From an uncultured Methylomirabilota bacterium (GTDB lineage: Bacteria; Methylomirabilota; Methylomirabilia; Methylomirabilales; 2-02-FULL-66-22), in assembly GCA_963705305.1 (NCBI GenBank), contig OY970067.1:1824001-1888000 (forward strand): DNA of 64,000 nt, written 5' to 3'. Position numbers and translations under genes: made by a program. The stretch's first letter is position 1; each line of letters opens with the position of its first letter. The notes below the pieces were generated by a model that made no database searches, was not told the origin of the DNA, and saw only the letters and a list, made by a program, of their open reading frames with translations. Of this stretch, positions 1 to 8,933 are shown piece after piece.

Positions 1-713
1 ATCCCGACCAGGACCCACACCTGTTCGAGGTGAGCCCGTCGGTCGGCCGGGCGGTCTCGGCCGCCCGCATCGTCATTTACAACGGCGTCGATTATGATCC
101 GTGGATGACCACACTGCTCGGGGCCGCGCGCGCTGCCGATCGCCAGACGATCGTCGTCGCGGATCTGGTCGGCAGAAAGCCCGGCGACAATCCGCATCTC
201 TGGTACGACCCAGCGACGATGCTGGCGCTGGCCCGAACGCTCACAGGGATCCTGCAGGCGGACGACCCCGGCCACGCGGGGGACTACCGGCAGCGCCTGG
301 CCCGCTTCGAGGACTCCCTGAAGCCCATCCAGGCGAAGATCGCCACGCTCCGCCAGCGGCTGGCGGGCACGCCCGTGACAGCCACGGAGCCGATCTTCGG
401 CTACATGTTCGACGCGCTCGGCATGCAGGTCAGGAATCAGTCCTTCCAGCTTGCGGTGATGAACAACACCGAGCCGAGCGCCTCGGATGTGGCGGCCTTC
501 GAACGGGACCTCAAGACGCACCGAGTCAAGCTGCTGATCTATAACAGCCAGGCCACCGACCCGATCGCCGAGCGGATGCAGACGCTTGCCCACGCGGCGC
601 ACGTCCCCGTCGTCGGGGCCACCGAGACGGAGCCGGCCGGCCAGGACTACCAGCACTGGATGATGAGCGAGTTGACGGCCGTGGACCGGGCACTCCCCCC
701 GCAGGCCCCGTGA
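1..713 (+). CDS. Zn/Mn ABC transporter substrate-binding protein (5' end outside window)
   Basis: Frame begins ...DQDPHLFE; NGVDYDPW and NPHLWYDP motifs of ZnuA/TroA-like proteins; stop overlaps the ATPase start. Confidence 0.9.
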   Translation, partial: PDQDPHLFEVSPSVGRAVSAARIVIYNGVDYDPWMTTLLGAARAADRQTIVVADLVGRKPGDNPHLWYDPATMLALARTLTGILQADDPGHAGDYRQRLARFEDSLKPIQAKIATLRQRLAGTPVTATEPIFGYMFDALGMQVRNQSFQLAVMNNTEPSASDVAAFERDLKTHRVKLLIYNSQATDPIAERMQTLAHAAHVPVVGATETEPAGQDYQHWMMSELTAVDRALPPQAP

Positions 714-1528
714 ACGCGATCGAGTTCCGCGATGTCACGCTGGGGCTGGGCGACCACGTCGTGCTCGCCAGCGTCAACCTGGACATCGCGCCCCGCGAGT
801 TCGTGGGCGTGCTCGGGCCGAACGGGGCCGGCAAGACGACCTTGATGCGCGCCGTCCTGGGCCTCCTGCCGGTCCGCAGTGGCACCATCAGCGTGCTGGG
901 CCGGCCGGCGGCCCGGGGCAATCCCGCCATCGGCTACCTGCCGCAGATCCGCAGCAGCGTCGGGACCCTGCGCCTGAGCGGGTGGGAGTTCGTCGCCGGG
1001 GTTGTGGACGGTCACCGGCTGGGCCTGCCGATCCTGAGCAAGGCGGCCCGCGCGGAGGTCGATCGGACCCTCTCCCTCGTGGGCGCCCGCGAGCTGGCGC
1101 GCCGCCCCTTGGCCGAGACCTCGGGGGGTGAGCGGCAGCGCCTGCTCCTGGCCCAGGCCCTGATCGGCCGGCCGCGGCTCCTCCTGCTGGACGAGCCGCT
1201 GATCAACCTCGACCCCACCCACCAGCACGCGGTGGTGGCGCTGGTGAAATCCCTCCAGGGCGCGCTGGGGATCACCGTCCTGTTCAGCGCCCACGAACTG
1301 AGCCCCCTGCTCGGGGCCCTCGACCGCGTGCTCTACCTCGGGGGGGGCCAGGCGGCGCTGGGCACGGTCGACGAAGTGATCACCGGGCCCGTCTTGTCGC
1401 GCCTCTATGGATCTGAGATTGACGTCGTCCGGCTGAGGGGGGGGATCTTCGTGCTATCCGGCGGCCAGGAGGTGGAACGGGAAGTCCATCGCCACGAGAA
1501 CGGATCGGCGGGGACCCACGGCGGGTAG
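710..1528 (+). CDS. Metal ABC transporter ATP-binding protein
   Basis: Walker A GPNGAGKT, signature SGGERQR, Walker B LLLLDEP, H-loop SAH. Confidence 0.95.
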   Translation: MNAIEFRDVTLGLGDHVVLASVNLDIAPREFVGVLGPNGAGKTTLMRAVLGLLPVRSGTISVLGRPAARGNPAIGYLPQIRSSVGTLRLSGWEFVAGVVDGHRLGLPILSKAARAEVDRTLSLVGARELARRPLAETSGGERQRLLLAQALIGRPRLLLLDEPLINLDPTHQHAVVALVKSLQGALGITVLFSAHELSPLLGALDRVLYLGGGQAALGTVDEVITGPVLSRLYGSEIDVVRLRGGIFVLSGGQEVEREVHRHENGSAGTHGG

Positions 1529-1544
1529 GGAGGTCGACAGGACC

Positions 1545-2372
1545 GTGCTGAGCTATGACTTCATGCAGAATGCCTTCGCGGCGGCGACCATCGTCGCGGT
1601 CGTCTCCGGCCTGGTCGGGTACTTCCTCGTCCTGCGTGGCCAGACCTTCGCCGGGCACGCGCTGGGCCATGTCGGCTTTACGGGCGCCACCGGTGCGGTG
1701 CTCCTCGGCGTCACGCCCCTCTGGGGGCTGGTCCTCATGACGGTGGCGGCCGGCCTCGGCATGGGGATGCTGGGCGAGCGGCTCGCCCAGCGCGACGTCG
1801 CGATCGGCATCGTCCTCGCGTTCTCCCTGGGTCTCGGCCTGCTGTTCCTGCACTTCTACACCGCCTTCGCCACGCAGGCGACCGCCCTGTTGTTCGGCAA
1901 CGTGCTCGCGGTGGATGTCCGCACCGTGTGGCTCCTCCTGGTGCTCGGCGTGCTCAGCGTGGGCGCGCTCGCGGTCATCGCGCGCCCGCTCCTGTTCGCC
2001 AGCCTGCAGCCGGAACTGGCCGAGGCCAAGGGGGTCTCCCTCCGGCTCTACTCCGTCCTGTTCCTGGCCATCGTGGCGGTGGCGACCGCCGAGTGCGCGC
2101 AGATCGTCGGCGTGCTCCTGGTCTTCGCCCTGATGGTAGGCCCGGCCGCGGCCGCCCAGCGCCTGACGACCGGCGTCGGCTGGGGGCTCCTGCTCGCCGC
2201 CGGCCTCGCCCTGTCGGAAGCGTGGGCAGGGATCACCTTGGCGTTTTACACCGACTGGCCCAGCAGTTTCTGGATCACCGCCCTGAGCGCAGGCGTGTAC
2301 CTCGTTGCGACTTTGCCGCGGGTTGGACGGCCCCGCAGCCGCCGCGGCCTGGCTGCGGGCCAGCCTGAGTGA
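1545..2372 (+). CDS. Metal ABC transporter permease (ZnuB/ABC-3 type)
   Basis: Hydrophobic; FAGHALGHVGFTG and LLFGNVL motifs; operon context. Confidence 0.92.
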   Translation: MLSYDFMQNAFAAATIVAVVSGLVGYFLVLRGQTFAGHALGHVGFTGATGAVLLGVTPLWGLVLMTVAAGLGMGMLGERLAQRDVAIGIVLAFSLGLGLLFLHFYTAFATQATALLFGNVLAVDVRTVWLLLVLGVLSVGALAVIARPLLFASLQPELAEAKGVSLRLYSVLFLAIVAVATAECAQIVGVLLVFALMVGPAAAAQRLTTGVGWGLLLAAGLALSEAWAGITLAFYTDWPSSFWITALSAGVYLVATLPRVGRPRSRRGLAAGQPE

Positions 2373-2771
2373 AGTTGTCTCTCGCCCGGTGGCTGGGTCT
2401 GCCGGGTGCGGGAGCGGTGGGCGCAGGCGCCCGGGTGGCCGGCGTGAGGCTCACCCGTGCAAGGGCGCTGTCGGGGCCGCGGCACGGAGCAGGGCTCCCC
2501 TTCGGCCAGGCATTCGCGACGCTCCTCCGGCACCCCAAACGCATGACCTACTCTGGTCCGCTTAACCCCCCTCCATCGTTCTCCGAACGTGAGCGCGATC
2601 CATGTCTCCATTTGGGGTCTGTCCCCCCGGCCCTCCGGCCGTAGCTCCTCCATCGCTGGCTCTGCGGGTATTTCGCGCCAAATACCCCCCACAAGAAACC
2701 TCCGACCTCCTTCATTTCCCCGACGTTGACGGGGACCCAGCCCCGGATGTTGACGCTTAGCGGTGACATTG

Positions 2772-2801
2772 TTGACATGGGGCGTTTCTCTGGAGTATAA
2801 G
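2772..2801 (+). promoter_or_regulatory. Putative sigma70 promoter
   Basis: TTGACA-18 nt-TATAAG upstream of the 2884 ORF. Confidence 0.5.
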
Positions 2802-2832
2802 GGGGCAGGCTGAGAAGGCACGTCAACCATGC

Positions 2833-2871
2833 AAACGCCGGAGGCCACAGGTCTCCGGCGTTTCTTTTTTT
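2833..2871 (+). terminator. Intrinsic terminator/attenuator hairpin in a leader
   Basis: AAACGCCGGAGGCC-ACA-GGTCTCCGGCGTTT stem followed by CTTTTTTT. Confidence 0.7.
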
Positions 2872-2883
2872 GGAGGGTCCCCC

Positions 2884-3297
2884 ATGTCAACATCCCGCGC
2901 CCGCTGCCTCTCCTGCCGTATACCGGAGGACGTATACACGCGCCTCGCGGAGCGCGCCCAGGCTGCCGGCGTTACGCTCTCCGCCTCCGTCGCCGCGGCC
3001 CTTTCCAGCCTTGCTGCTCCCCCCGCGCCAGCGATGACGGGCGGGGCCGCCCTGGAGCCCCCGCGACGGCCGCCGGCCGGGCCCCCTCCAGGACCGGACC
3101 TTGCAGCGGTCGTCAGGGTCCTCGTCAAGGCCGCCTTCGGCGAGGAGACCAGGGTCTTCCTGGACGACGACATCCCCTGCCCGGCGTGTGGCCGGACCGG
3201 GGAGCTCTTCTACGCGCAAAGCGAGCCCGGACCCCGGGGCGAGCCGCCATCCCAAGACCTCTGCTGCCTCACGTGCCACTGGCAAGTGGAGCTCTGA
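2884..3297 (+). CDS. Small protein: ribbon-helix-helix-like N-terminus and C-terminal Zn ribbon
   Basis: LSCRIPEDVYTRLAERAQAAGVTLS resembles CopG/RHH; CPACG...CLTC; GGAGG RBS. Confidence 0.6.
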   Translation: MSTSRARCLSCRIPEDVYTRLAERAQAAGVTLSASVAAALSSLAAPPAPAMTGGAALEPPRRPPAGPPPGPDLAAVVRVLVKAAFGEETRVFLDDDIPCPACGRTGELFYAQSEPGPRGEPPSQDLCCLTCHWQVEL

Positions 3298-3333
3298 GGC
3301 CGCCCCGTGTCGGCCCTCTGAGGGAAGGAGCCC

Positions 3334-3951
3334 ATGCGCGTCATCCTGTACGGCCGGGTCTCCACCAAGAAGGAGCAGGATCCCGAGACGCAGCTCCAGG
3401 ACCTCCGGCGGTTCGCCGCGGCCCGGGGGTTCGAAGTGGTCGGCGAGTACGTGGACGTGGGGGTCTCCGGGGCCAAGGAGCGCCGGCCCGGCCTCGACCA
3501 GGTCATGGCCCTGGCGCGGGCGCGGCGAGTGGACGCCGTCCTGGTGGCGGCCTTCGACCGCTTCGGCCGGTCCCTCCCCCACCTGGTCCGGGCCCTAGAG
3601 GAGTTCCAGCACCTCGGCGTCGGGTTCGTCTCCCTCCGGGAGCAGCTCGACCTGACCAGCCCGAGCGGGCGCGTGATGTTCGCCGTCATCGCCGCCATGG
3701 CGGAGTTCGAGCGCGAGTTGATCCGGGAGCGGATCCAGGCAGGCCTCCGCCGGGCCCGGCTCCAGGGGACCCGGTCGGGCAAGCCGATTGGCCGACCCCG
3801 CCGGGTGTTCCACCGGGACCAAGTCGCCAGCCTCCGGGAGGCCGGCCAGACCCTCCAGGCCATCGCCCGGACGCTGCAGGTCTCCCGCCGCACGGTGGCC
3901 CGGGTCCTCCACGCGGATCGCGCCCAGGCCGTGGCAAAACCCGCATCCTGA
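3334..3951 (+). CDS. Serine recombinase (resolvase/invertase) with C-terminal HTH
   Basis: YGRVST catalytic motif, DRFGRS, AEFERELIRER, GRPR followed by HTH. Confidence 0.95.
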   Translation: MRVILYGRVSTKKEQDPETQLQDLRRFAAARGFEVVGEYVDVGVSGAKERRPGLDQVMALARARRVDAVLVAAFDRFGRSLPHLVRALEEFQHLGVGFVSLREQLDLTSPSGRVMFAVIAAMAEFERELIRERIQAGLRRARLQGTRSGKPIGRPRRVFHRDQVASLREAGQTLQAIARTLQVSRRTVARVLHADRAQAVAKPAS

Positions 3952-4264
3952 CTTTTGCCCAGGCGAGCAAGGAGCAGTTTGTTGGCCGGCTAGGTCGCCC
4001 TCGTCCCAACGTCCTAGGCCTGCAAGATCGTATGGTGGGTCGGGTTCGCTCGCCTCCGCAGTTCGCCCGCTCCCCCCGCTCCCTGTTCCTCGTTGCAGGA
4101 GGGTTCTCCTCTTCGCACACCCGAGACCGGCCCGCCAGGTTCGCCCAGGCTCTCCCATCTCGCCACGGCCCTGCCTGGACTACCCACTTCAAACTCTAGG
4201 CCAAGACCCTCTATGTCCTGTATTCGTAGCTCCCCGTGTCACCGCCCCCCGTGTTACTGCCCAA

Positions 4265-4477
4265 CTAGCCGTTCACCAAAGGTGTTGACGCGCCAGGATA
4301 GTAAACGTGCTACTCCGGGAAAGTATGCAATCATTACCGTGAGCTCCGGCAACCTCCCCCTCGGCTGGAACGCTGCATAAGAATTCTTCCGAAGGTACCG
4401 ATTCCCCTTCTGGCAAGTAAATCGGTCAGTTGTCGACCGATGATGGGCCGGTATCAACACCCTTGGTGAACGGCTAG
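4265..4477. mobile_element. MITE, 213 bp (family A)
   Basis: Terminal IRs CTAGCCGTTCACCAAAGGTGTTGA / TCAACACCCTTGGTGAACGGCTAG; imperfect flanking duplication GTTACTGC(CC)AA. Confidence 0.75.
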
Positions 4478-4583
4478 GTTACTGCAACGGGGCGCGATTC
4501 TGATTGACACCGCGTAAGCCCTTCGCTACGCTCCCGTCAACGATTTTCTCGCCTTTCTTCCCCTAAACTAGGCGCTGACACCC

Positions 4584-5231
4584 ATGAACAAATTCCTAAA
4601 AGACGAACATTGCGAAGCATCGGAGATTCCCGCACTCAAGCCGGTCTTGCAAGGCTGGCTCGAAGCTCAACGGGATTACGCGAAGATGCTCAGGGGTGTT
4701 GATTACTCTTGCCACTACGGTGAGCGACCTTGTATAGGTTTTCTCGCACAAGGCGCTTGGCGCTCAGGCGGGGTAGCGTTAGAAGAGTGGCGCACCGAAA
4801 AGGGTCCCAAGGCCAAACGCCGTCAGGGACGATGCGACCTTTGGATTTTCCGCCATGATAGGTATGAGTTTCATATCGAGGCGAAACACATGTGGCAACC
4901 TGCCACAGTCAAACCCAAGAAGCAACTTAGTTCCATTGAGGCCGCCCTCTCGGATGCAACCAGGGACGCAGCCTCGCTCACCTGCGCCCGCAAAATACAA
5001 CTCGGCATTCTTTTCCTTGCGCCATATTACACACCCACCAAGCAAGCTGGCATGGCAGCACACATTGCAAGCTGGCTCGAAGGTATCTATTCCATACCAC
5101 ATTCCGCCATTGCTTGGGCTTTCCGCAATAGGAAGGGATTAAGCATCAGCAGGGACGAGGAGGAGATCGTCCCCGGACTTGTTCTCATCGCGCGCACAAC
5201 AAAACGACCGAAACGCTTAACCCCCCGATGA
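4584..5231 (+). CDS. Hypothetical protein, PD-(D/E)XK nuclease-like; probable gene cassette
   Basis: GRCDLWI...HIEAKH motif; lower GC; ends within an attC-like site. Confidence 0.6.
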   Translation: MNKFLKDEHCEASEIPALKPVLQGWLEAQRDYAKMLRGVDYSCHYGERPCIGFLAQGAWRSGGVALEEWRTEKGPKAKRRQGRCDLWIFRHDRYEFHIEAKHMWQPATVKPKKQLSSIEAALSDATRDAASLTCARKIQLGILFLAPYYTPTKQAGMAAHIASWLEGIYSIPHSAIAWAFRNRKGLSISRDEEEIVPGLVLIARTTKRPKRLTPR

Positions 5232-5274
5232 AGCCGACTCGCTCCACCTGCGGCTTATCGGCAAGGCGTTGACC
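5215..5274 (+). other. attC-like integron cassette recombination site
   Basis: R'' GCTTAAC, R' GTTGACC, inner arms CCGAT(G)AAGCCG / CGGCTTATCGG with one extrahelical G; 60 bp. Confidence 0.7.
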
Positions 5275-5314
5275 TTCAATCTCTGGGGTGGTTGCGAACA
5301 GTTGGAGGTGCCTT

Positions 5315-6724
5315 ATGGCCGACGACTGGCGGGAGACACTGCTTGGCGCGACGCTTGAAATCGTTTTGCCTACATTGTCTTTCATAAGAGGGGGCTCTGC
5401 TGGCTTTCGCGGGAGCGGACACATAACGTGGGGGATGGATTCAGGAATCCGCGTTATTGCGCACACCGACGGGGCAAACGTCTTGAAGAAAGATATTCTT
5501 CGGGCCGGTGCGGCTCTCGGGCATCTTCTTCCCCATGGGAAATACATATCTGCTTCTGGTCGTACGGAAGATGGATGGGATGTCTCAACTCATCCTGAGT
5601 GGCCGGTTGGTTACTCCATCGGAATAAGCTCACCTCTGGTTCTCTGGGATTTCAAGACTGACGGCCTGGCCCTGACTCGCGAAACCATCCCCCGGGAGCA
5701 CCCTCGGCTGGTTCGAGCGCTTCTTGGCCCCTCGCCAAAAGAGTGGCCCAGGATGACCCACACCGAAATCCATAATGATGGTGAGACATCCTCGGCGTCC
5801 CACCGTGATTGCCTACTGGTGGACTTTAGTTTTGGCAGCCTTTACGCTCGTCAGCGCACGGATAGGTGGTATGAGGTGCAAGTCGAGATCACCGGGACCT
5901 CGCCGCGCTCCGAGGCGCTTGAAATAATTGTGGCTGTCGCCCACGCCTTTGGTTTCGTGCTTGGCCGCCGACAATTCCTGCTGGGGTTTGAAGATTTCGT
6001 GCCAGGTCGAGAGACGCGTCGCTTGTTCGTTGCCGATCGGGAGCCGACCAATGGCTCGATTGCCACGCCTCTTGGGACGAGTTCTGCGTATTTGGCTGAG
6101 GTCGAGAATCTTCTTGGGCGAGCCATAGACTTCTTCCTCACCAAGCAAGGTGAGCGAGTGGCAAAGCACCTTTGGCTCTGTTGGGATGCAGCAGACAATG
6201 CGTTCCCTACTCGACTTGCGGTGGCCAGCATTTGCTTGGAAGGCCTCATCTCGCTCGTTCAACATCAGTCCGAAACAAACAAAGGGAATGAGGTCGGGGG
6301 TGATAGTAGTGACAGCATGGAGGCAGATCTCAAGGCATTGAAGGAATTGTTGAAAACCGCTGAAGACGCAAAGACTCTTACCCCAGAGTTCATTAAACGG
6401 CTTCGAGGTGCGGTTGCGGCATTCAGGAGGGGACGACCATCAGATGTGCTTTGGGACTGGCAACGCAAGGGGCTCTTGGGGGTGACCACAGAAGATATTG
6501 ATGCGTGGAAGAAGACTCGGCACCCAGCGGCACACGGGGCTTTGGTGGCGCCACCGGAAGACAAACAACAACTACAGGACCTGATATCTCGATTCTACCG
6601 GGAAGTCAACTTGATTAACCGGGTAGTCCTTCAGTTGATGGGCTATCGGGGATTGTACGTCGACTATGGCTCCCCAGGCTGGCAAGAGAAAGAGTTCCCG
6701 GCGGCTTTGCCAGTATCCTTATGA
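5315..6724 (+). CDS. ApeA-like HEPN-domain protein (putative RNase, defence)
   Basis: GGAGG RBS before ATG 5315; C-terminal helical domain with SICLEGL and RxxxxH motif (RHPAAH). Confidence 0.65.
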   Translation: MADDWRETLLGATLEIVLPTLSFIRGGSAGFRGSGHITWGMDSGIRVIAHTDGANVLKKDILRAGAALGHLLPHGKYISASGRTEDGWDVSTHPEWPVGYSIGISSPLVLWDFKTDGLALTRETIPREHPRLVRALLGPSPKEWPRMTHTEIHNDGETSSASHRDCLLVDFSFGSLYARQRTDRWYEVQVEITGTSPRSEALEIIVAVAHAFGFVLGRRQFLLGFEDFVPGRETRRLFVADREPTNGSIATPLGTSSAYLAEVENLLGRAIDFFLTKQGERVAKHLWLCWDAADNAFPTRLAVASICLEGLISLVQHQSETNKGNEVGGDSSDSMEADLKALKELLKTAEDAKTLTPEFIKRLRGAVAAFRRGRPSDVLWDWQRKGLLGVTTEDIDAWKKTRHPAAHGALVAPPEDKQQLQDLISRFYREVNLINRVVLQLMGYRGLYVDYGSPGWQEKEFPAALPVSL

Positions 6725-6751
6725 AGGTATGCGTTGAGAGGTTGCGGAAGC

Positions 6752-8409
6752 TGTCAACAAGAATGAGACACTCCGAGTCTCAGTTTAGTGTACAACGGCC
6801 AACCCCAGCTCCGTCGCATTCGCGGGTGCGGAGGGTGAGACCTCCCCATCCAGGGTCCGCCCGGCCAGCGCGCTGCACCACCCCGTCGGGCGCGCCACGC
6901 GCTCGCCGGGCTCCACGGCGCCCAGGGCTTCGTCATGCTCGTCCAGCGTCCGCGGCTTGTTGATCCACACCGCCTGGGGGAGGGCCGGTGGGGTGGGCAG
7001 CCCTCGGACGAACCGCTCCGGGGTGGCTGCGAAGGCCTGCCGCAGGGCTGCCTCCCGCTCGGCGAGGCGCGTCGCGGCCAGGCCGTAATGGACATCGTGC
7101 GGGGTCAGCCAGCCCAAGGCACTGTGATGGTGCATGGTGTTGTACCAGAGGAAGAAGTCGAGCAGGAAGCTCCGCGCGTCCTGGAGCGACCCGAATCGGT
7201 CCGGGAACTCCGGGTGGTACTTCAGGGTTTTGAACTGGCTCTCCGAGAACGGGTTGTCGTTGGAGACGTGCGGCCGATTGTGCGTCTTGCTCACCCCGAG
7301 GTCGGCGAGCAAGAGGGCCACGGACCTGCTGATCATCGCGGAGCCGCGATCCGCGTGGATCGTCAGCTCGCCTTGCGCGATGCCTTGCCGGGCGCAGGTC
7401 TGTTCGATCAGGCGCTGGGCCAAGGTCGCCGACTCCCGGAGCGCCGCCAGCCAGCCCACCACGTACCGGGAGAAGACGTCCAGAATGACGTACAGGTAGA
7501 AGGCGGTCCACTTCGCCGGCCCCTTCAGCGTGGTGATGTCCCAGCTCCAGAGCTGGTTGGGCCCCGTGGCCAACAGTTCCGGCGCCGCGGCCCGGGGATG
7601 CCGCAACTGCCGCCGGCGCTCGTGGACTTGGGCGTTCGCCTTCAGCACCCGGTACATCGTGCGGATCGAGCAGAGATACTTCCCCTCGTCGAGGAGGGTG
7701 GCGTACACCTCGGCTGGCGCCAAGTCGGCAAACCGGTCGTCATTCAGCACAGCCAGGATCTGCTGGCGTTCCTCCGGCGGCAAGGCGCGGGGCGCCCGCC
7801 GGGGTCTTGCCGGACCACGGGGCTTGGGCTGGTGCCAGCGGTAGTACGTGGCCCGCGGGACGGCCAGCGCCTGGCAGACCGGGGCCACGCCCAGGATGAC
7901 GCTGTGTTCCGTGATGAGCGGCATCAGGGCTTCTCGCCGGTTCGTGGGAGCGGGGTCCCCAGGAGCTCCGCCACTTTTTTTTTGGAGTTCCACCAACGCC
8001 TCGGCCCGCTCGGCTCGGGCGGTCTGGCGGCTCACCTCCCGCTCCAGCGTGGCCACCTTGGCGGCCAGGGGGTTCTTGGCCTTCGGGGCCGGTCCCCGCT
8101 GCTTCGGGGTGAGGCCCGCCAGTTCCCCCCGCGCCCGCTGCGCCCGCCAGGTCGTCAAGTGCGAGGAGTACAACCCCTCCCGGCGCAGCAAGGCCCCGAT
8201 CGCCCCGGGCGCCGTGCACGTGTCCGCCTCCCGGAGGATCCTGCGCTTGTACTCAGCCGGGAACCGCCGCCGGCTGGCCTTGGCCACCACCTCGACCTCG
8301 TGCACGCCTGCTCTCGGAACCGCCACATCATTGAAGGCACCCATCGCCCATTTCCTCCCCGCCCTCTACTCTAAACTCCGAAGGGGGGAGTGTCTCATTC
8401 ATATTGGCA
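6752..8409 (-). mobile_element. IS3-family insertion sequence
   Basis: IRs TGTCAACAAGAATGAGACACTCC / TGCCAATATGAATGAGACACTCC; no target duplication seen. Confidence 0.92.
6785..8344 (-). CDS. IS3-family transposase, OrfA and OrfB in one frame
   Basis: LLRREGLYSS (OrfA); WSWDIT, HADRG, DNPFSES (DDE triad); A9G slippery site at 7974-7983. Confidence 0.92.
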   Translation of the reverse strand: MGAFNDVAVPRAGVHEVEVVAKASRRRFPAEYKRRILREADTCTAPGAIGALLRREGLYSSHLTTWRAQRARGELAGLTPKQRGPAPKAKNPLAAKVATLEREVSRQTARAERAEALVELQKKSGGAPGDPAPTNRREALMPLITEHSVILGVAPVCQALAVPRATYYRWHQPKPRGPARPRRAPRALPPEERQQILAVLNDDRFADLAPAEVYATLLDEGKYLCSIRTMYRVLKANAQVHERRRQLRHPRAAAPELLATGPNQLWSWDITTLKGPAKWTAFYLYVILDVFSRYVVGWLAALRESATLAQRLIEQTCARQGIAQGELTIHADRGSAMISRSVALLLADLGVSKTHNRPHVSNDNPFSESQFKTLKYHPEFPDRFGSLQDARSFLLDFFLWYNTMHHHSALGWLTPHDVHYGLAATRLAEREAALRQAFAATPERFVRGLPTPPALPQAVWINKPRTLDEHDEALGAVEPGERVARPTGWCSALAGRTLDGEVSPSAPANATELGLAVVH

Positions 8410-8499
8410 CAGAGGGTGCGCCTTGATCGGCCCTTAGGGCTGTGCGGATATGGCCGTAGTGTTGTCTCTCCTCACCTCTCAAGAAGTGACGCTCTTTCC

Positions 8500-8686
8500 T
8501 TCCAGTGCCCAGATCCGCCCTTTGCGGGGAGCCGTGCGGGACCCGAACTCTGCACCCCCGCCAGCTAATCGTATCGTGCCCGCCAGGACGGGCCCTGCAC
8601 CTCCCGCTTGCTGCCAGCCCCGCAGCCATGAATGCGGGCGCGACTCGGGTGGGCTATTGGCCTGCGAGGTTAGTCGGAGATTAAGG
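8500..8686 (-). mobile_element. Remnant end of an IS1380-related element
   Basis: Minus strand CCTTAATCTCCGACTAACCTCGCAGG... is similar over ~80 nt to the 14744 MITE; terminal 17 nt resemble the IS1380 IR at 58227. Confidence 0.65.
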
Positions 8687-8933
8687 CTCAGTCTTTCCCC
8701 TTGACACGCCCGACCCGTGAGGCGTAGTTTGATTTATGAGCCTCCCGGCTTCACCCTCGCTTTGCGGGAGCGCTCGCCCACACCGTTGCTTAACCGCGTA
8801 GAATGGGCCACACGGCTGGCCCTGAGTGGTTTTCACCAATTCCAGTCACCCGTCAGAGCTACCAGGGCATCCGTCTAGTTTCCCGCCGAGCCGAGAGAAC
8901 TAGTCTCCGCTTGAGACATGAGGGTGTCGCACC

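Noticed and set aside
2801..2871. TPP riboswitch (GGGG...CTGAGA)
   Set aside because: The downstream conserved elements are missing and the gene context is unrelated
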